Below are positions 23,410 through 32,960 of a stretch of 50,180 nucleotides of DNA, piece by piece (within the stretch, counting starts at the first letter, position 1; every line of letters starts with the position of its first letter). Both the position numbers and the translations under genes were made by a program. Source of the DNA: a virus. Its lineage: Duplodnaviria > Caudoviricetes. The stretch spans positions 1 to 50,180 of IMG/VR virus record IMGVR_UViG_3300033141_001359; one strand, given 5' to 3'. The notes under the pieces are model-generated. The model was not told the DNA's origin, did not search any database, and saw only the letters and a list, made by a program, of their open reading frames with translations.

Positions 23410-23687
23410 CTTGGAACTATCGGCCTTTCCGTCCGCTCCAGCGGAGCTTGCAGGACCGGTGCCCCTTCCGGTCCCGTCGCCCCTGTTACCCGATAATAAG
23501 CACCCCCGGCAGCTACAATGTCCTCTGGTTTCACATCCTCCTCGTTGCGGAAAATAAGCACCGTCTCATTCTCGTGTACGGAGATGGCTCCGTAGAGCAC
23601 ATGGGCCTCGCCGTAAGTCGTGAGCCACCCGCCCTCGCCGTCGCTCGTGCGCGTCGGGCGGTAGCGTTCCAGCCGCGCAAACCTCAT
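23406..23687 (-). CDS. Head closure / head-tail adaptor
   Basis: PTRTSDGEGGW; synteny. Confidence 0.7.
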   Translation of the reverse strand: MRFARLERYRPTRTSDGEGGWLTTYGEAHVLYGAISVHENETVLIFRNEEDVKPEDIVAAGGAYYRVTGATGPEGAPVLQAPLERTERPIVPR

Positions 23688-24265
23688 GCCTTCATCCTCA
23701 TGTACGGCGACAGCAGAACCCCTACGTCGCCGCTCATAAGCCCATCCCAGTTCGCCGTCCAGCCGGATGCGCCCTCGGATTTGGTTCCGCCCCTTGCATC
23801 ATAGGCGCGCCTCACGAGGTGCATCAGGGCAACCTTCAGGCCGCTCGGAACTTCAATGCTGTCATCGCCCGTACCGCCATAACCTGCCGTGTATGATACA
23901 AGCCATCGTCCGCGTCCGTCTCCCCAGCGCGACTCGCCATCGTGTACGACCTGCGAGTTATACCTCAGATAGTAGTTGTCGGTGCTTTCCACTGTATCCG
24001 TCTCGCTATCAGTCACGGACGCAATGGATATTATGGGGCGGTATTCCGGCCAGAGCGAGACCCCGCCCCCGTCCATGTAGCCCGCATACCTGGATTCAGT
24101 GAGCTTGATTCCGCAGGTGGACTCAATCCATGATTGGCAGCCGTCTATCAGCGTACCAATCAGGTCGTCATGGCTGTCGTGCGAGACGCGGAGAAACTCT
24201 TTCATGTCCGCAACGGACACGATCCGCGCAACGTCTGTAACCGGAATGAGTTCCCAGTCGCTCAT
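23684..24265 (-). CDS. Head-tail connector (gp6-like)
   Basis: VSVADMKEFLRVSHDSHDDLIGTLI...VSYTAGYG...VPSGLKVA. Confidence 0.85.
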   Translation of the reverse strand: MSDWELIPVTDVARIVSVADMKEFLRVSHDSHDDLIGTLIDGCQSWIESTCGIKLTESRYAGYMDGGGVSLWPEYRPIISIASVTDSETDTVESTDNYYLRYNSQVVHDGESRWGDGRGRWLVSYTAGYGGTGDDSIEVPSGLKVALMHLVRRAYDARGGTKSEGASGWTANWDGLMSGDVGVLLSPYMRMKA

Positions 24266-26841
24266 ACTGTTACCCTCTTCACGCTAGACGCATAGCCGGA
24301 CGTGAATATCTTGACACGGTACGTCGCGCCCGCCACCACCTGCACGGCATATCCGCCATCACCGTCGGTACGCGAGTCATAGAGTACCGTCTTGCAATCG
24401 GTGTCGCTGTCGGCATAGACGGCGACGACCGCGCCTGTCACCGCGTTCCCGCTTACGACTGCCTTGCCGAGCGCCGCGCCGTTGACATCCAGCGTATCCT
24501 CCGTGATTGTCGCCGCATCGGAGATTGCGCCGGGGATGTTGGAGATTTTCGCATCCAGGTAGTCCACAATTAGTTTTCCGATACTGCCGTCTGTCGTCAG
24601 GGCCGAAGTCAGGCGATTCCATATGTCGGCAATCAACGTACCGAAGCTAGTCAGCGTCCGCGTTCCGACAGCCCAGACATCCGCCGCACTGTGGGTAGAC
24701 GCGTCATCCAAGTGCTTGTCAATAGAGCCTGCTGCCGGAGCACCGGCGCTGGGCGCGAGCTTCATCGCGTCTCGCGTCTCCTGTGCGCTCAAGCCGCCAG
24801 TGGGCGCTTCCCCAAGTGCATGTGCGGTCAAGCGCCGAACACCAGCATCGTCTTCCGTCATCTCCCACAGATGGTCGAGTTTGCTGCCGTTCGCTTCCAT
24901 CTCCGTGCGAATCTCACCAACAGTCGGGGGCGTTGTGGTGTTTGCGCCATAATCGGCCAGAGCCGTATCAACCTCTGCATTTATCTGGTCAACGTCTATC
25001 CGTCCATCGTCGTTCAGCGTACCAGAAAAACCACCAACTACATTATCCTCCAATGTTATGTGGCCGTGGATGCCAACCGTGCCGCCCGCGCAAGAGGCTG
25101 CAAGTATAACCTTACCTGTCCCCTGAATCGTGAACTTGTCAGTGCCAGTCGCGTTCAGATTGGATATCTCAATCCCACCACTCCAGCCAGCAAGCCGCAC
25201 TATTGAATCGCCAACCGCAGCGCCGAAATCAATCTCCGGCGTGGTTGCGCCACCACCCGAATAGCACTCGTCGAGAATGTATGTTTCCGCATCCGAAAGC
25301 GTCAGCTTGGTTATGAGGGATGACTTGACAATGTGCGCCTTCCCAAGCACGACAGTATCCAGATGACAATCCTTGAAATACACTGCGCCCGTGCCGGATG
25401 TGCCTGTACCAGTAACGTCAGCACCCTCAAAATGGGCGTCTTCCACTACCTGACCATTCAAGTCCAGTGTCCACGGATGCGAACCCAAAAGGGTATAGCC
25501 TGTGCTATCTCCGCTCAATGTAATGCTAGAACCGGCTGTAATACGGAATCGCTTGATGCCCAGAGATGCGCTCAACGCCAATGCCGCCGCCCAGGTTGAG
25601 ACTGGGTTGTCAGCCGTGCCGTCAACGAAGTCTTCAGTCTTCGTATTGCTCCCATTGGTGTTGACCCAAATCGCTCCGTTCTGGTATCCGGCAGTCCTGA
25701 CAACGACCGCCTTGCTCACAAATATCTGGTCAATATGCAAGGTGGCAGTACTCAGTGCGCCGTCATTCACGAACCGTATCCGAACCTTACCGATGTCTGC
25801 ACCGACAGTCCCAACATGACCTATCAATAGGTTGGGTATCCAGACTTGATTCTCGGAACCGTTGTAACCAGGCAGCCTCCCGACTTGATCCCATGTGCTT
25901 GTGCCCCAGTTATATGCTTGTATGAGCCATGCGTCGTTCTGGCCTGTCCCGTAACCCGTAATCGTACAGCTAACAGGGATGCCGTCGCCACCGACGTCGA
26001 ATTGGTAGTACAAGTCCATTGCGTTGCCAACGTCAGTGTGCTCATGGTAGGTTCCGTCAAGTGCGGCGGTGTCGGCATAGGTTCCAGAGGATTGTGTTCC
26101 GGTCGTTAGATTGTAGCTTTCCGCTGGTAGATTGATAGCTGCGCCAGTAACTGCAATAGCCCCCAGCTTGACCCCCAATGCCTCCAGTGTCGAAAGCGCA
26201 CGTATGAACGCACTGGTATCTCCCGCTTGGGTCAAGATGTTACTGAGCACTGTCCCGTCCGCGATCTCGGCGGTCATGTCATCACCATCAGCGACAGCAT
26301 CTTTCATCAGATGATTCAGATTCAACTCATCGAGTACCTTGCGGACGGCAAGCGCAATGATGTTAGAGGCGTAGGCCGTCGAGCCTACATCTGCTGCGAA
26401 TGTGGCATTATCAATTGCAGCATCAGCAATCTTATCCGCCGTAATCGCATCTGCACCAATCTTCGCAGCCGTAATAACCCCGTCAGCAATCTGCGTCACA
26501 TCCACTTGCAGTTTATCAGTGCCGTATTTGCTGTCCCAGTAGTTCTGCGTGACGACCATGAACTCCTTCCAGACGGGCAATGCGCCAGATTCCTGTACGT
26601 CGAGCCGCAACCGCCCAAGCGTATTTGTGTCCGTCGCGTCAAGTGGACAATCATAGACGCCGAGTTCGTCATGCGAGCAGGATGTGCTTTCATTCTTCTG
26701 CGCCATGTTCCCGCCGTTTTTCGACAGCCGGACATCAGCCTGTGCAATGGTCAGGGCCGTTTCGGGGTCTTTCCCCGTAGTGTCATCAAGAAACGGCCCT
26801 ATCTTCACCGTGACTGCCGTTGATTGTCGTAGTTCCTGCAT
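24262..26841 (-). CDS. Large putative virion fibre/decoration protein
   Basis: Gly/Thr/Asp-rich; ITAAKI.ADAITADKI repeats; DGTADNPVST; beta-helix-like middle. Confidence 0.6.
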   Translation of the reverse strand: MQELRQSTAVTVKIGPFLDDTTGKDPETALTIAQADVRLSKNGGNMAQKNESTSCSHDELGVYDCPLDATDTNTLGRLRLDVQESGALPVWKEFMVVTQNYWDSKYGTDKLQVDVTQIADGVITAAKIGADAITADKIADAAIDNATFAADVGSTAYASNIIALAVRKVLDELNLNHLMKDAVADGDDMTAEIADGTVLSNILTQAGDTSAFIRALSTLEALGVKLGAIAVTGAAINLPAESYNLTTGTQSSGTYADTAALDGTYHEHTDVGNAMDLYYQFDVGGDGIPVSCTITGYGTGQNDAWLIQAYNWGTSTWDQVGRLPGYNGSENQVWIPNLLIGHVGTVGADIGKVRIRFVNDGALSTATLHIDQIFVSKAVVVRTAGYQNGAIWVNTNGSNTKTEDFVDGTADNPVSTWAAALALSASLGIKRFRITAGSSITLSGDSTGYTLLGSHPWTLDLNGQVVEDAHFEGADVTGTGTSGTGAVYFKDCHLDTVVLGKAHIVKSSLITKLTLSDAETYILDECYSGGGATTPEIDFGAAVGDSIVRLAGWSGGIEISNLNATGTDKFTIQGTGKVILAASCAGGTVGIHGHITLEDNVVGGFSGTLNDDGRIDVDQINAEVDTALADYGANTTTPPTVGEIRTEMEANGSKLDHLWEMTEDDAGVRRLTAHALGEAPTGGLSAQETRDAMKLAPSAGAPAAGSIDKHLDDASTHSAADVWAVGTRTLTSFGTLIADIWNRLTSALTTDGSIGKLIVDYLDAKISNIPGAISDAATITEDTLDVNGAALGKAVVSGNAVTGAVVAVYADSDTDCKTVLYDSRTDGDGGYAVQVVAGATYRVKIFTSGYASSVKRVTV

Positions 26842-27006
26842 CTATGCTTCCCTCAGATTACGATATGCTCGCATTGCCACTGGAATTGAAAGTCCAGCCG
26901 CCGCAGGCGCCTCTGTATCGCCGCCGACAAAGTCAAAATCGAAAGGTAGTTCATCAGTTGTTTGCTCAATAGCTGGATGCGGAAAATCAAATATGGGTTC
27001 TGCCAT
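26842..27006 (-). CDS. 54-aa acidic protein (not in ORF track)
   Basis: MAEPIFDFPHP...VAMRAYRNLREA*; fills the gap exactly. Confidence 0.55.
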   Translation of the reverse strand: MAEPIFDFPHPAIEQTTDELPFDFDFVGGDTEAPAAAGLSIPVAMRAYRNLREA

Positions 27007-28550
27007 TATGTCACCGACAAATCACAAAGCCGGTCAACGTGAATGAATTTGTCCGCCTCATGTGCCACACTGAACACCGAAATTATCAGAGGCGCTGTCG
27101 AGGAATCTACCTCGATGCCGGATACTCGCACTTTCCTCCATACCCCCTCCGCCAGACCGTCTTGGCTTCCCTCGTCTCGACTATCGAACACCTTCCATTT
27201 CGAGGTCGCCGTATCCCATGCAAGCACTTGTACCCAGACCTCATCGGTGTTCGCGCCTGCTACGCTTGGCACGCTTGCCCATGTCCCGTCCGCTTGAATC
27301 CATACATCTACGACGCCCGTCCCTGTGCTCCCGGGAACCTTCAAGAGTTGAGCGATATTGACCGGCCATGCTGCGTGCAGTTCATCCCCGTTTGTGAACT
27401 TGATTACGGTAGTTGCTCCGCCTGACCTTGCGCCCGCCGTAGTAGAAGCAGACGCTATATTTTCAGCCACGCCGCCCTGGTCGAACTTTGCACACCAGTC
27501 TAAGATAGTGCCATCCTCATCCTGGATTATGCACTTCGATTGCATAGCAAAGTAATTTATAAGCGAAAATTCAGTTGGGCTATTGAACGCACAATTACGG
27601 AAGAACGCACGGCCCGTGGTTATATACATATCCGCTGTACCATGCGCGGTGGTTGCACCGAACGTGCAGTTCTCAAAGTAGCCAAAAGATACTCCGGCAA
27701 AAGCATAGACTCCACCGTCAAATGTCGTATTTCTAGCCCAGACACTAGAGACGTACTCAAAGTTGGAATTACTGTTGAATCCGGCAGCAATGTCGCAATC
27801 GCAACCATCCAAAATGAGGCTACTAATGCTCCCAGACACCCTCGAATGATGACAATTCTCCCATCGGCAGTTCACGAAGTGCACCCATGCAGCATTGTAG
27901 TGCCCTGTTGCCTTTTCATCATCGGTGCCCCGAAAATGGAGATTGGCGACGATACAGGCAAAGGACGAGTTCTGTTTCCACATCAGATAGTATGAGTCAC
28001 TCGTGTCCACATCCCAGATCGGTCTCACATTTCCACTATCCTCACTCCAGACATCATGCGTGTCATTATCGCCGATAACCCACGCGGGTTGATGCAAGCT
28101 GCCGGAAACGGGCATTGCCATACTTGCCGATGCCGTGAAGGTTTGCCCCCGTCGAAGCCAGACGACAATATTCGTACCACCTGCAATCTGGCTCAGATGA
28201 TAGTAGGCGGTATCTTTAGAGGTTCCATCGTTCGTCGTGTGTCTGCCATTTCCCGTCCCGCCGGTTCCAGTATAATTCGCCGCCAAGACAATGTTATCAT
28301 TGTCCGTTATGCTCGATACTTCGGCCCAATCTTCAGGGTTGTCAGCTTCCAATTTGATAAAATCACCAGCCGACACTTCGGCGGTTGCATTTCCGTTAGC
28401 ATCCGTGCAGCTTACAGCCGTACTTCCGTTCGTGAATTGCCAGTTTGTGCCCGTCAACTGCTTACAGTAGATACCATCGCAATACCTATGAGTAAGGCCG
28501 TCCCCAGGAGAGGGCCACTTCTTGACTTCGGGAAAGCATGCGCCTATCAT
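27006..28550 (-). CDS. Putative beta-helix virion/carbohydrate-binding protein
   Basis: NDGTSKDTAY; repeated F.NC.F; AT-richer than flanks. Confidence 0.55.
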   Translation of the reverse strand: MIGACFPEVKKWPSPGDGLTHRYCDGIYCKQLTGTNWQFTNGSTAVSCTDANGNATAEVSAGDFIKLEADNPEDWAEVSSITDNDNIVLAANYTGTGGTGNGRHTTNDGTSKDTAYYHLSQIAGGTNIVVWLRRGQTFTASASMAMPVSGSLHQPAWVIGDNDTHDVWSEDSGNVRPIWDVDTSDSYYLMWKQNSSFACIVANLHFRGTDDEKATGHYNAAWVHFVNCRWENCHHSRVSGSISSLILDGCDCDIAAGFNSNSNFEYVSSVWARNTTFDGGVYAFAGVSFGYFENCTFGATTAHGTADMYITTGRAFFRNCAFNSPTEFSLINYFAMQSKCIIQDEDGTILDWCAKFDQGGVAENIASASTTAGARSGGATTVIKFTNGDELHAAWPVNIAQLLKVPGSTGTGVVDVWIQADGTWASVPSVAGANTDEVWVQVLAWDTATSKWKVFDSRDEGSQDGLAEGVWRKVRVSGIEVDSSTAPLIISVFSVAHEADKFIHVDRLCDLSVT

Positions 28551-28891
28551 AGTGCTACCTCCCCCACGATATTCGACGGGTCAAACTCATGTTCTACGAC
28601 CTTTCGAGCGACCTCATCAGGTGTCATATCATACTTCTCAATGTATGCCTCCTCCTTGACTCGCTGTTCCTCTTCTGCAATCGCCGAATCAATGAGATTC
28701 TGTATGAAAGTTGCGAACACGGAGTCTATCTCTGCCTTGCTCGGAGGCTTCGTAACATCTCTTCCAAAGGACGCTTCATTCTGGACGAGCACAAGTCCAA
28801 GATGCCCTTTATCCTGACGAATCGCTCTCCAAGGGACTCGCCAGCGATTACGAACAAAAGCCGGAACCCCGCGCTCAATCTTATAATCCAT
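28547..28891 (-). CDS. Hypothetical protein
   Basis: GAGG RBS before MDYKIE. Confidence 0.6.
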   Translation of the reverse strand: MDYKIERGVPAFVRNRWRVPWRAIRQDKGHLGLVLVQNEASFGRDVTKPPSKAEIDSVFATFIQNLIDSAIAEEEQRVKEEAYIEKYDMTPDEVARKVVEHEFDPSNIVGEVAL

Positions 28892-28904
28892 CACGCAACC
28901 TCTT

Positions 28905-29078
28905 TCAGTTTGCTTCCTTTGCGCCAGCCGAATCCACAATCTCCACGACCTTGCATACGGCCAGGGCCTTCGCCTGCGCCGACGGCAGGAAGTCCTCGTC
29001 GCCCTTGTGCCGGGGCCGCACAGTCCCGTCAAACTGCCATGCCGTATCATGCCGCCAGCGAATAAGTATGCGCTTCAT
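28905..29078 (-). CDS. 57-aa protein (not in ORF track)
   Basis: MKRILIRWRHDTAWQFDGTVRPRHKGDEDFLPSAQAKALAVCKVVEIV; ATGA overlap. Confidence 0.55.
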   Translation of the reverse strand: MKRILIRWRHDTAWQFDGTVRPRHKGDEDFLPSAQAKALAVCKVVEIVDSAGAKEAN

Positions 29079-29695
29079 GGTTTCGGCCTCTTCGTGGAAT
29101 ACCCCAGTGCTGCCATGACGCGGAGGTCGAGGATGTCCCAGATGTATGCGAGCAATTTCGCGTCGTAGAATTTCATATATCGTTTCTTGACGTAGAATGT
29201 GCGATTGAACATGCGCCGCTTCTTTCTGCCACGGTCAACGTATCGCTCTATGTTGCGGAATTCTCCCGTCGGCGTGAGACTCAATCGCCTGGCAATCTTC
29301 TGGCACGTGCTTTCCGGTTCAGTTACGAGGCTCTCGAATCGGACAAATGCCCACTTGCCTGGACTCGTGTCTTGCATACGCAGCCAATGGTCGTGTGCGA
29401 AGTTCCATAGTTGCACCATCGTCCCGCGCTTCAGATGTGCCCGGAAGGGAGCTCGCATGTGTAGAAATGAGTTCAGATAGCGGTGCATAGATACCATCCA
29501 AGACAGCGGATGCTTGCTGACCACCAGATAATCGGATGCTTGCTCTCCCTGTTTATAATCCTGGTACGTCCCGTGTTTCCAGCCACCGCTATTGACGGCG
29601 ATGTCAACGTCATAGTTTTCGAGCAGCAGCAATCGCAGATAGTTCGTGCCCGAACGCTGGAGACCAAACTGCTTTATGCGCTTCGTCTCAGCCAC
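29075..29695 (-). CDS. Sulfotransferase-like protein
   Basis: FGLQRSGTNYL (PAPS-binding loop), GWKHG, KHPLSW..S, VRFESL. Confidence 0.8.
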   Translation of the reverse strand: MAETKRIKQFGLQRSGTNYLRLLLLENYDVDIAVNSGGWKHGTYQDYKQGEQASDYLVVSKHPLSWMVSMHRYLNSFLHMRAPFRAHLKRGTMVQLWNFAHDHWLRMQDTSPGKWAFVRFESLVTEPESTCQKIARRLSLTPTGEFRNIERYVDRGRKKRRMFNRTFYVKKRYMKFYDAKLLAYIWDILDLRVMAALGYSTKRPKP

Positions 29696-30947
29696 GGTTC
29701 ACTTGTCCCCTCTCTTCCAGCCAGTGCAGCATCTCGTAAAGTTGTGCCGTCAGTTCGTCGCGGCTCATGCCCCCGATGATGCTTATGTGTGCCCGCGCAC
29801 GCGAGCCGTCGCCGCGAAATGTATTGTTGTTCGGGTCGCCCATGTCCTCTATTCTGCAACCGAATGCTTCAGGCATCGCATAGATTGCCGTGCCAGGATA
29901 GGGGATAAACATCTTGAGACTGATGACGCACTCGCGGCCAGCGTCTTCAACCCATGTCTTGTTGCGTTCAAGCGTGTCAGGCGTCTCGCCCGGCGTGCCC
30001 ATCATCATCAGCGGCCTGACCGTCGGTATCCCAGCGGCGATAGCATTCCTTACCGCTCTGGTATTCTCCTCGACGCGCACTCCCTTGTGCAGTAGGTTCA
30101 ATACGCCTTGATCCCCGGATTCCACGCCGAATGAAACTTCCTCGCAGCCGCAATCATGTATGAGTTTATAGGTGTCAATGTCATTCGGCTTGGTTCGGAT
30201 GCTCGCACGCCAACGCATCTCGCGTCGCCGCAATGCGCCGGAAAGCCACCCCAGCCGCGCCGCATTGTGGATGAGATTGTCATCGCTGATACGAACCTGA
30301 CGGATGCCGAGCAACGCAATATCATCAAGCTCACGCTCTATTCGCTCGATGCTGTAGTCTTGAACAAAGCTCTCGTTGCCTGACGTGCAGAACGCGCACC
30401 GATACCGGCAACCCCGACTGGTCAACAGGGTCGTTGATTCTGTGGGTTCTATAGCATGGCGAAAAATCCGGCCTCCCTGATACGGCAAGAGGCGGCGGTC
30501 GGGATAAGGGTAGTCGTTCATGTCGCGTAGAAGCCGATCCGCCTTCACAAACCATTGCGGGCGCTTTGCCGGTCTCAGGAATGCGTCGGCCACCACATCC
30601 TCCCCGTATCCGTCCACCACGCAATCAACCGCATCGTCCAACATCTCCGGCGACTTCCCAATCGGGCCGCCGGCAATGATATAATTTGCCAGCCCATGTT
30701 CTTTCGCGTGTTCGGCAATGCCGTTGAGATATGGCGCATCCACCATGCACCCGCTGAGACACAGCATATCCGTTTTCTTCAACATCAGCTTTGCCGCGTG
30801 CATGGACGAACCCTGGGCGAACACCATTTCGACCTTCGCGCCGAGGTCGCGGCAGTAGGTCGCAATCAATAGCATCCCCAAACCGACCTGCGCGGTCGGG
30901 TTTGTGTGATACGGTTGCGGCGTGTAGAAGAACGTAATGTCTGGCAT
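29688..30947 (-). CDS. B12-binding-domain radical SAM enzyme
   Basis: IAGGP; TSRGCRYRCAFC (CX3CX2C); SDDN; FGVESG; GTPGET; PYPGT. Confidence 0.9.
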   Translation of the reverse strand: MPDITFFYTPQPYHTNPTAQVGLGMLLIATYCRDLGAKVEMVFAQGSSMHAAKLMLKKTDMLCLSGCMVDAPYLNGIAEHAKEHGLANYIIAGGPIGKSPEMLDDAVDCVVDGYGEDVVADAFLRPAKRPQWFVKADRLLRDMNDYPYPDRRLLPYQGGRIFRHAIEPTESTTLLTSRGCRYRCAFCTSGNESFVQDYSIERIERELDDIALLGIRQVRISDDNLIHNAARLGWLSGALRRREMRWRASIRTKPNDIDTYKLIHDCGCEEVSFGVESGDQGVLNLLHKGVRVEENTRAVRNAIAAGIPTVRPLMMMGTPGETPDTLERNKTWVEDAGRECVISLKMFIPYPGTAIYAMPEAFGCRIEDMGDPNNNTFRGDGSRARAHISIIGGMSRDELTAQLYEMLHWLEERGQVNRG

Positions 30948-31741
30948 CAGAACCATTGACCTCCGCCGCCAGGCCCCATGTGAAGCACATACGCATTGTC
31001 CGGTGCTGGATGCCCTTTGAACTTCTGGTTGATGCGCTGATACCAACAGGCATCTTCGCGCCGCACGAGCGGGAAGCTTGCAAACTCCCAGGCGGCAAGC
31101 GGGAATATCATATTGCAGCCGAGCATTGCCGCACTTCCGTCAGGCCGCCCACGGAAGCCCTTCCAACTATGTGTCGAAAGAGCGTCTAGCTCATTCCAGG
31201 TCATGTCCGGTCGCAGCTTGTCCGCTGTCGGAATCAGGCAGCGCGGGCCGACGTAGATTTCTTCCCACGGATTTGCGATGCGATAAAGCCCTTTCGGGCT
31301 TATCAACTTGGCGTCATTAAGCCCGCGCCCGGTTACTTGGGTAAACGACCATTCCGTCAACTTCCCCTCGAAGATATGCTTGGCTATTTTGATATGATGC
31401 GGTTGGAAGATGCAGTCGCCGTCCGTTTTGACCATGACGTTGCATCCCATCTTGAGGGCCCGTTCGCAAGCTCGGTTCTGCGCTAGTGCTTTTCCACCGG
31501 CCTCTTTCCGTGCCTTCCATTGCTTGTCGTACCCGCCCACCGTGTCGCTCCGACAGATATGCACAGGCAAATCAGCCGGCAATAGCGACAAATCGGGCGG
31601 AGGCATTTCCGTATCATCAATACACAGGAATACGGCCAAGGGTTTTGTGGTCTGATGACGCAGGCCCTTCACCACATACGGCCATTCGACATACTGATTG
31701 AACCATGAAATCATCACGGCTATTGTTGCGTCGGTTGGCAT
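30947..31741 (-). CDS. GT-A (GT2-like) glycosyltransferase
   Basis: ISWFNQ...IDD...KTDGDC...GCN...RREDA. Confidence 0.65.
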   Translation of the reverse strand: MPTDATIAVMISWFNQYVEWPYVVKGLRHQTTKPLAVFLCIDDTEMPPPDLSLLPADLPVHICRSDTVGGYDKQWKARKEAGGKALAQNRACERALKMGCNVMVKTDGDCIFQPHHIKIAKHIFEGKLTEWSFTQVTGRGLNDAKLISPKGLYRIANPWEEIYVGPRCLIPTADKLRPDMTWNELDALSTHSWKGFRGRPDGSAAMLGCNMIFPLAAWEFASFPLVRREDACWYQRINQKFKGHPAPDNAYVLHMGPGGGGQWF

Positions 31742-32385
31742 AGTTCCCTCCCAGGATTTACCATCTTGAGTACCGCCCAATACCGCTTGCTATCGAACCA
31801 GTTGACCCCCATCTGCGACTCCCTGATGATAGACCAGGGCAACTGCGGGTTGCAGATTAGCTTCCGAAACTCACCCAAAGCCCAGGCATGAAGATGGTAC
31901 GGATTCTTATCAATACCTTGCACTATCGGCCCCGCAATGAACAATGTCCCGTGCGGCAAAAGCCAAGTCGCAATCCTCGCCAGCAACTCCGACGGATTCC
32001 TGACGTGCTCTAGAATGTCGCAGCATACGACCAGGTCAAAGCGCTGCGTCGGGCGAAATTGCTCTACTGGTTTGTGCACGAATTCGACGCCCTCGGCCTT
32101 TAGCAGTGCGGCGGCTGCCGGATGCTTATCCACGGCCATGATATTTCGATAGCCCTTCGATTTCAGCACGAGACAACCCTGACCAGCACCACAGCCCAAC
32201 TCTAGTACGCGCGCCATGCGGGCCTTAGCCGGAGGCAGTGTCGGCACAAATAGATAACGGCGAATAGACGATGCGAAGGGGAAATATGCTCGATTCAACT
32301 TGCTATCCGTTATCGGCAGTGCGCCTGCTCCAATAATGCGCTTCACCGCCTTGCGAATGTCAGGATATATTGCGCGTTCAGCCAT
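31720..32385 (-). CDS. Class I SAM methyltransferase
   Basis: VLELGCGAG...FDLVVCCDILEHV...NPYH. Confidence 0.9.
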   Translation of the reverse strand: MAERAIYPDIRKAVKRIIGAGALPITDSKLNRAYFPFASSIRRYLFVPTLPPAKARMARVLELGCGAGQGCLVLKSKGYRNIMAVDKHPAAAALLKAEGVEFVHKPVEQFRPTQRFDLVVCCDILEHVRNPSELLARIATWLLPHGTLFIAGPIVQGIDKNPYHLHAWALGEFRKLICNPQLPWSIIRESQMGVNWFDSKRYWAVLKMVNPGRELCQPTQQ

Positions 32386-32960
32386 TACCTTTTCCCAAAC
32401 TCAATCATGCCGCAGATGTGGTCGTCATTTCCCGCCATGAAGGATACCTCGCCGAACTTTTCGAATGCCTTGCAGCAAGCTTTCTCATTATCCCAGCCCG
32501 CCAAATGCCCATCGTGAAAGCGGGCCGAATGCGTCGGTTGCCCGCGAGGTACACTGAACAGGCAGCGCCGTCGCGCGACTTTGCGAAGCTCAGCCACCAC
32601 GTCTGCGGGATTCTCAAAGTGTTCCAAGAACTGGAATGCCGCGACGGTCTCGAAGGCCCCATACCATACCGGGCTGAAGCTCGCCCCGTTTGCTACGAGG
32701 AAGATTCTCCGTGGGAAGCGGAGCCGTGCACGAGCCACCATGTATCGGCTGATGTCAACGCCCACATAGTGCATATCTTCGGGCAGGTATGGCGTGAACC
32801 CGCCAAAGGCCGAGCCGACCTCCAAGACCGGCCCAATGCAGTATTTGGCCGCTTCCTCGAATTCTGCTGCGCGGTCGCGCATGTCATTCCGTTCGGCATA
32901 TTTGCGGCCTCTCGCTTCCCAGAATTCGGGGCTATTCAGCATAGGCTTCTTATTATCCAT
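32385..32960 (-). CDS. Class I SAM methyltransferase
   Basis: VLEVGSAFG...GVDIS...FLEHFENP...SVP. Confidence 0.9.
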   Translation of the reverse strand: MDNKKPMLNSPEFWEARGRKYAERNDMRDRAAEFEEAAKYCIGPVLEVGSAFGGFTPYLPEDMHYVGVDISRYMVARARLRFPRRIFLVANGASFSPVWYGAFETVAAFQFLEHFENPADVVAELRKVARRRCLFSVPRGQPTHSARFHDGHLAGWDNEKACCKAFEKFGEVSFMAGNDDHICGMIEFGKR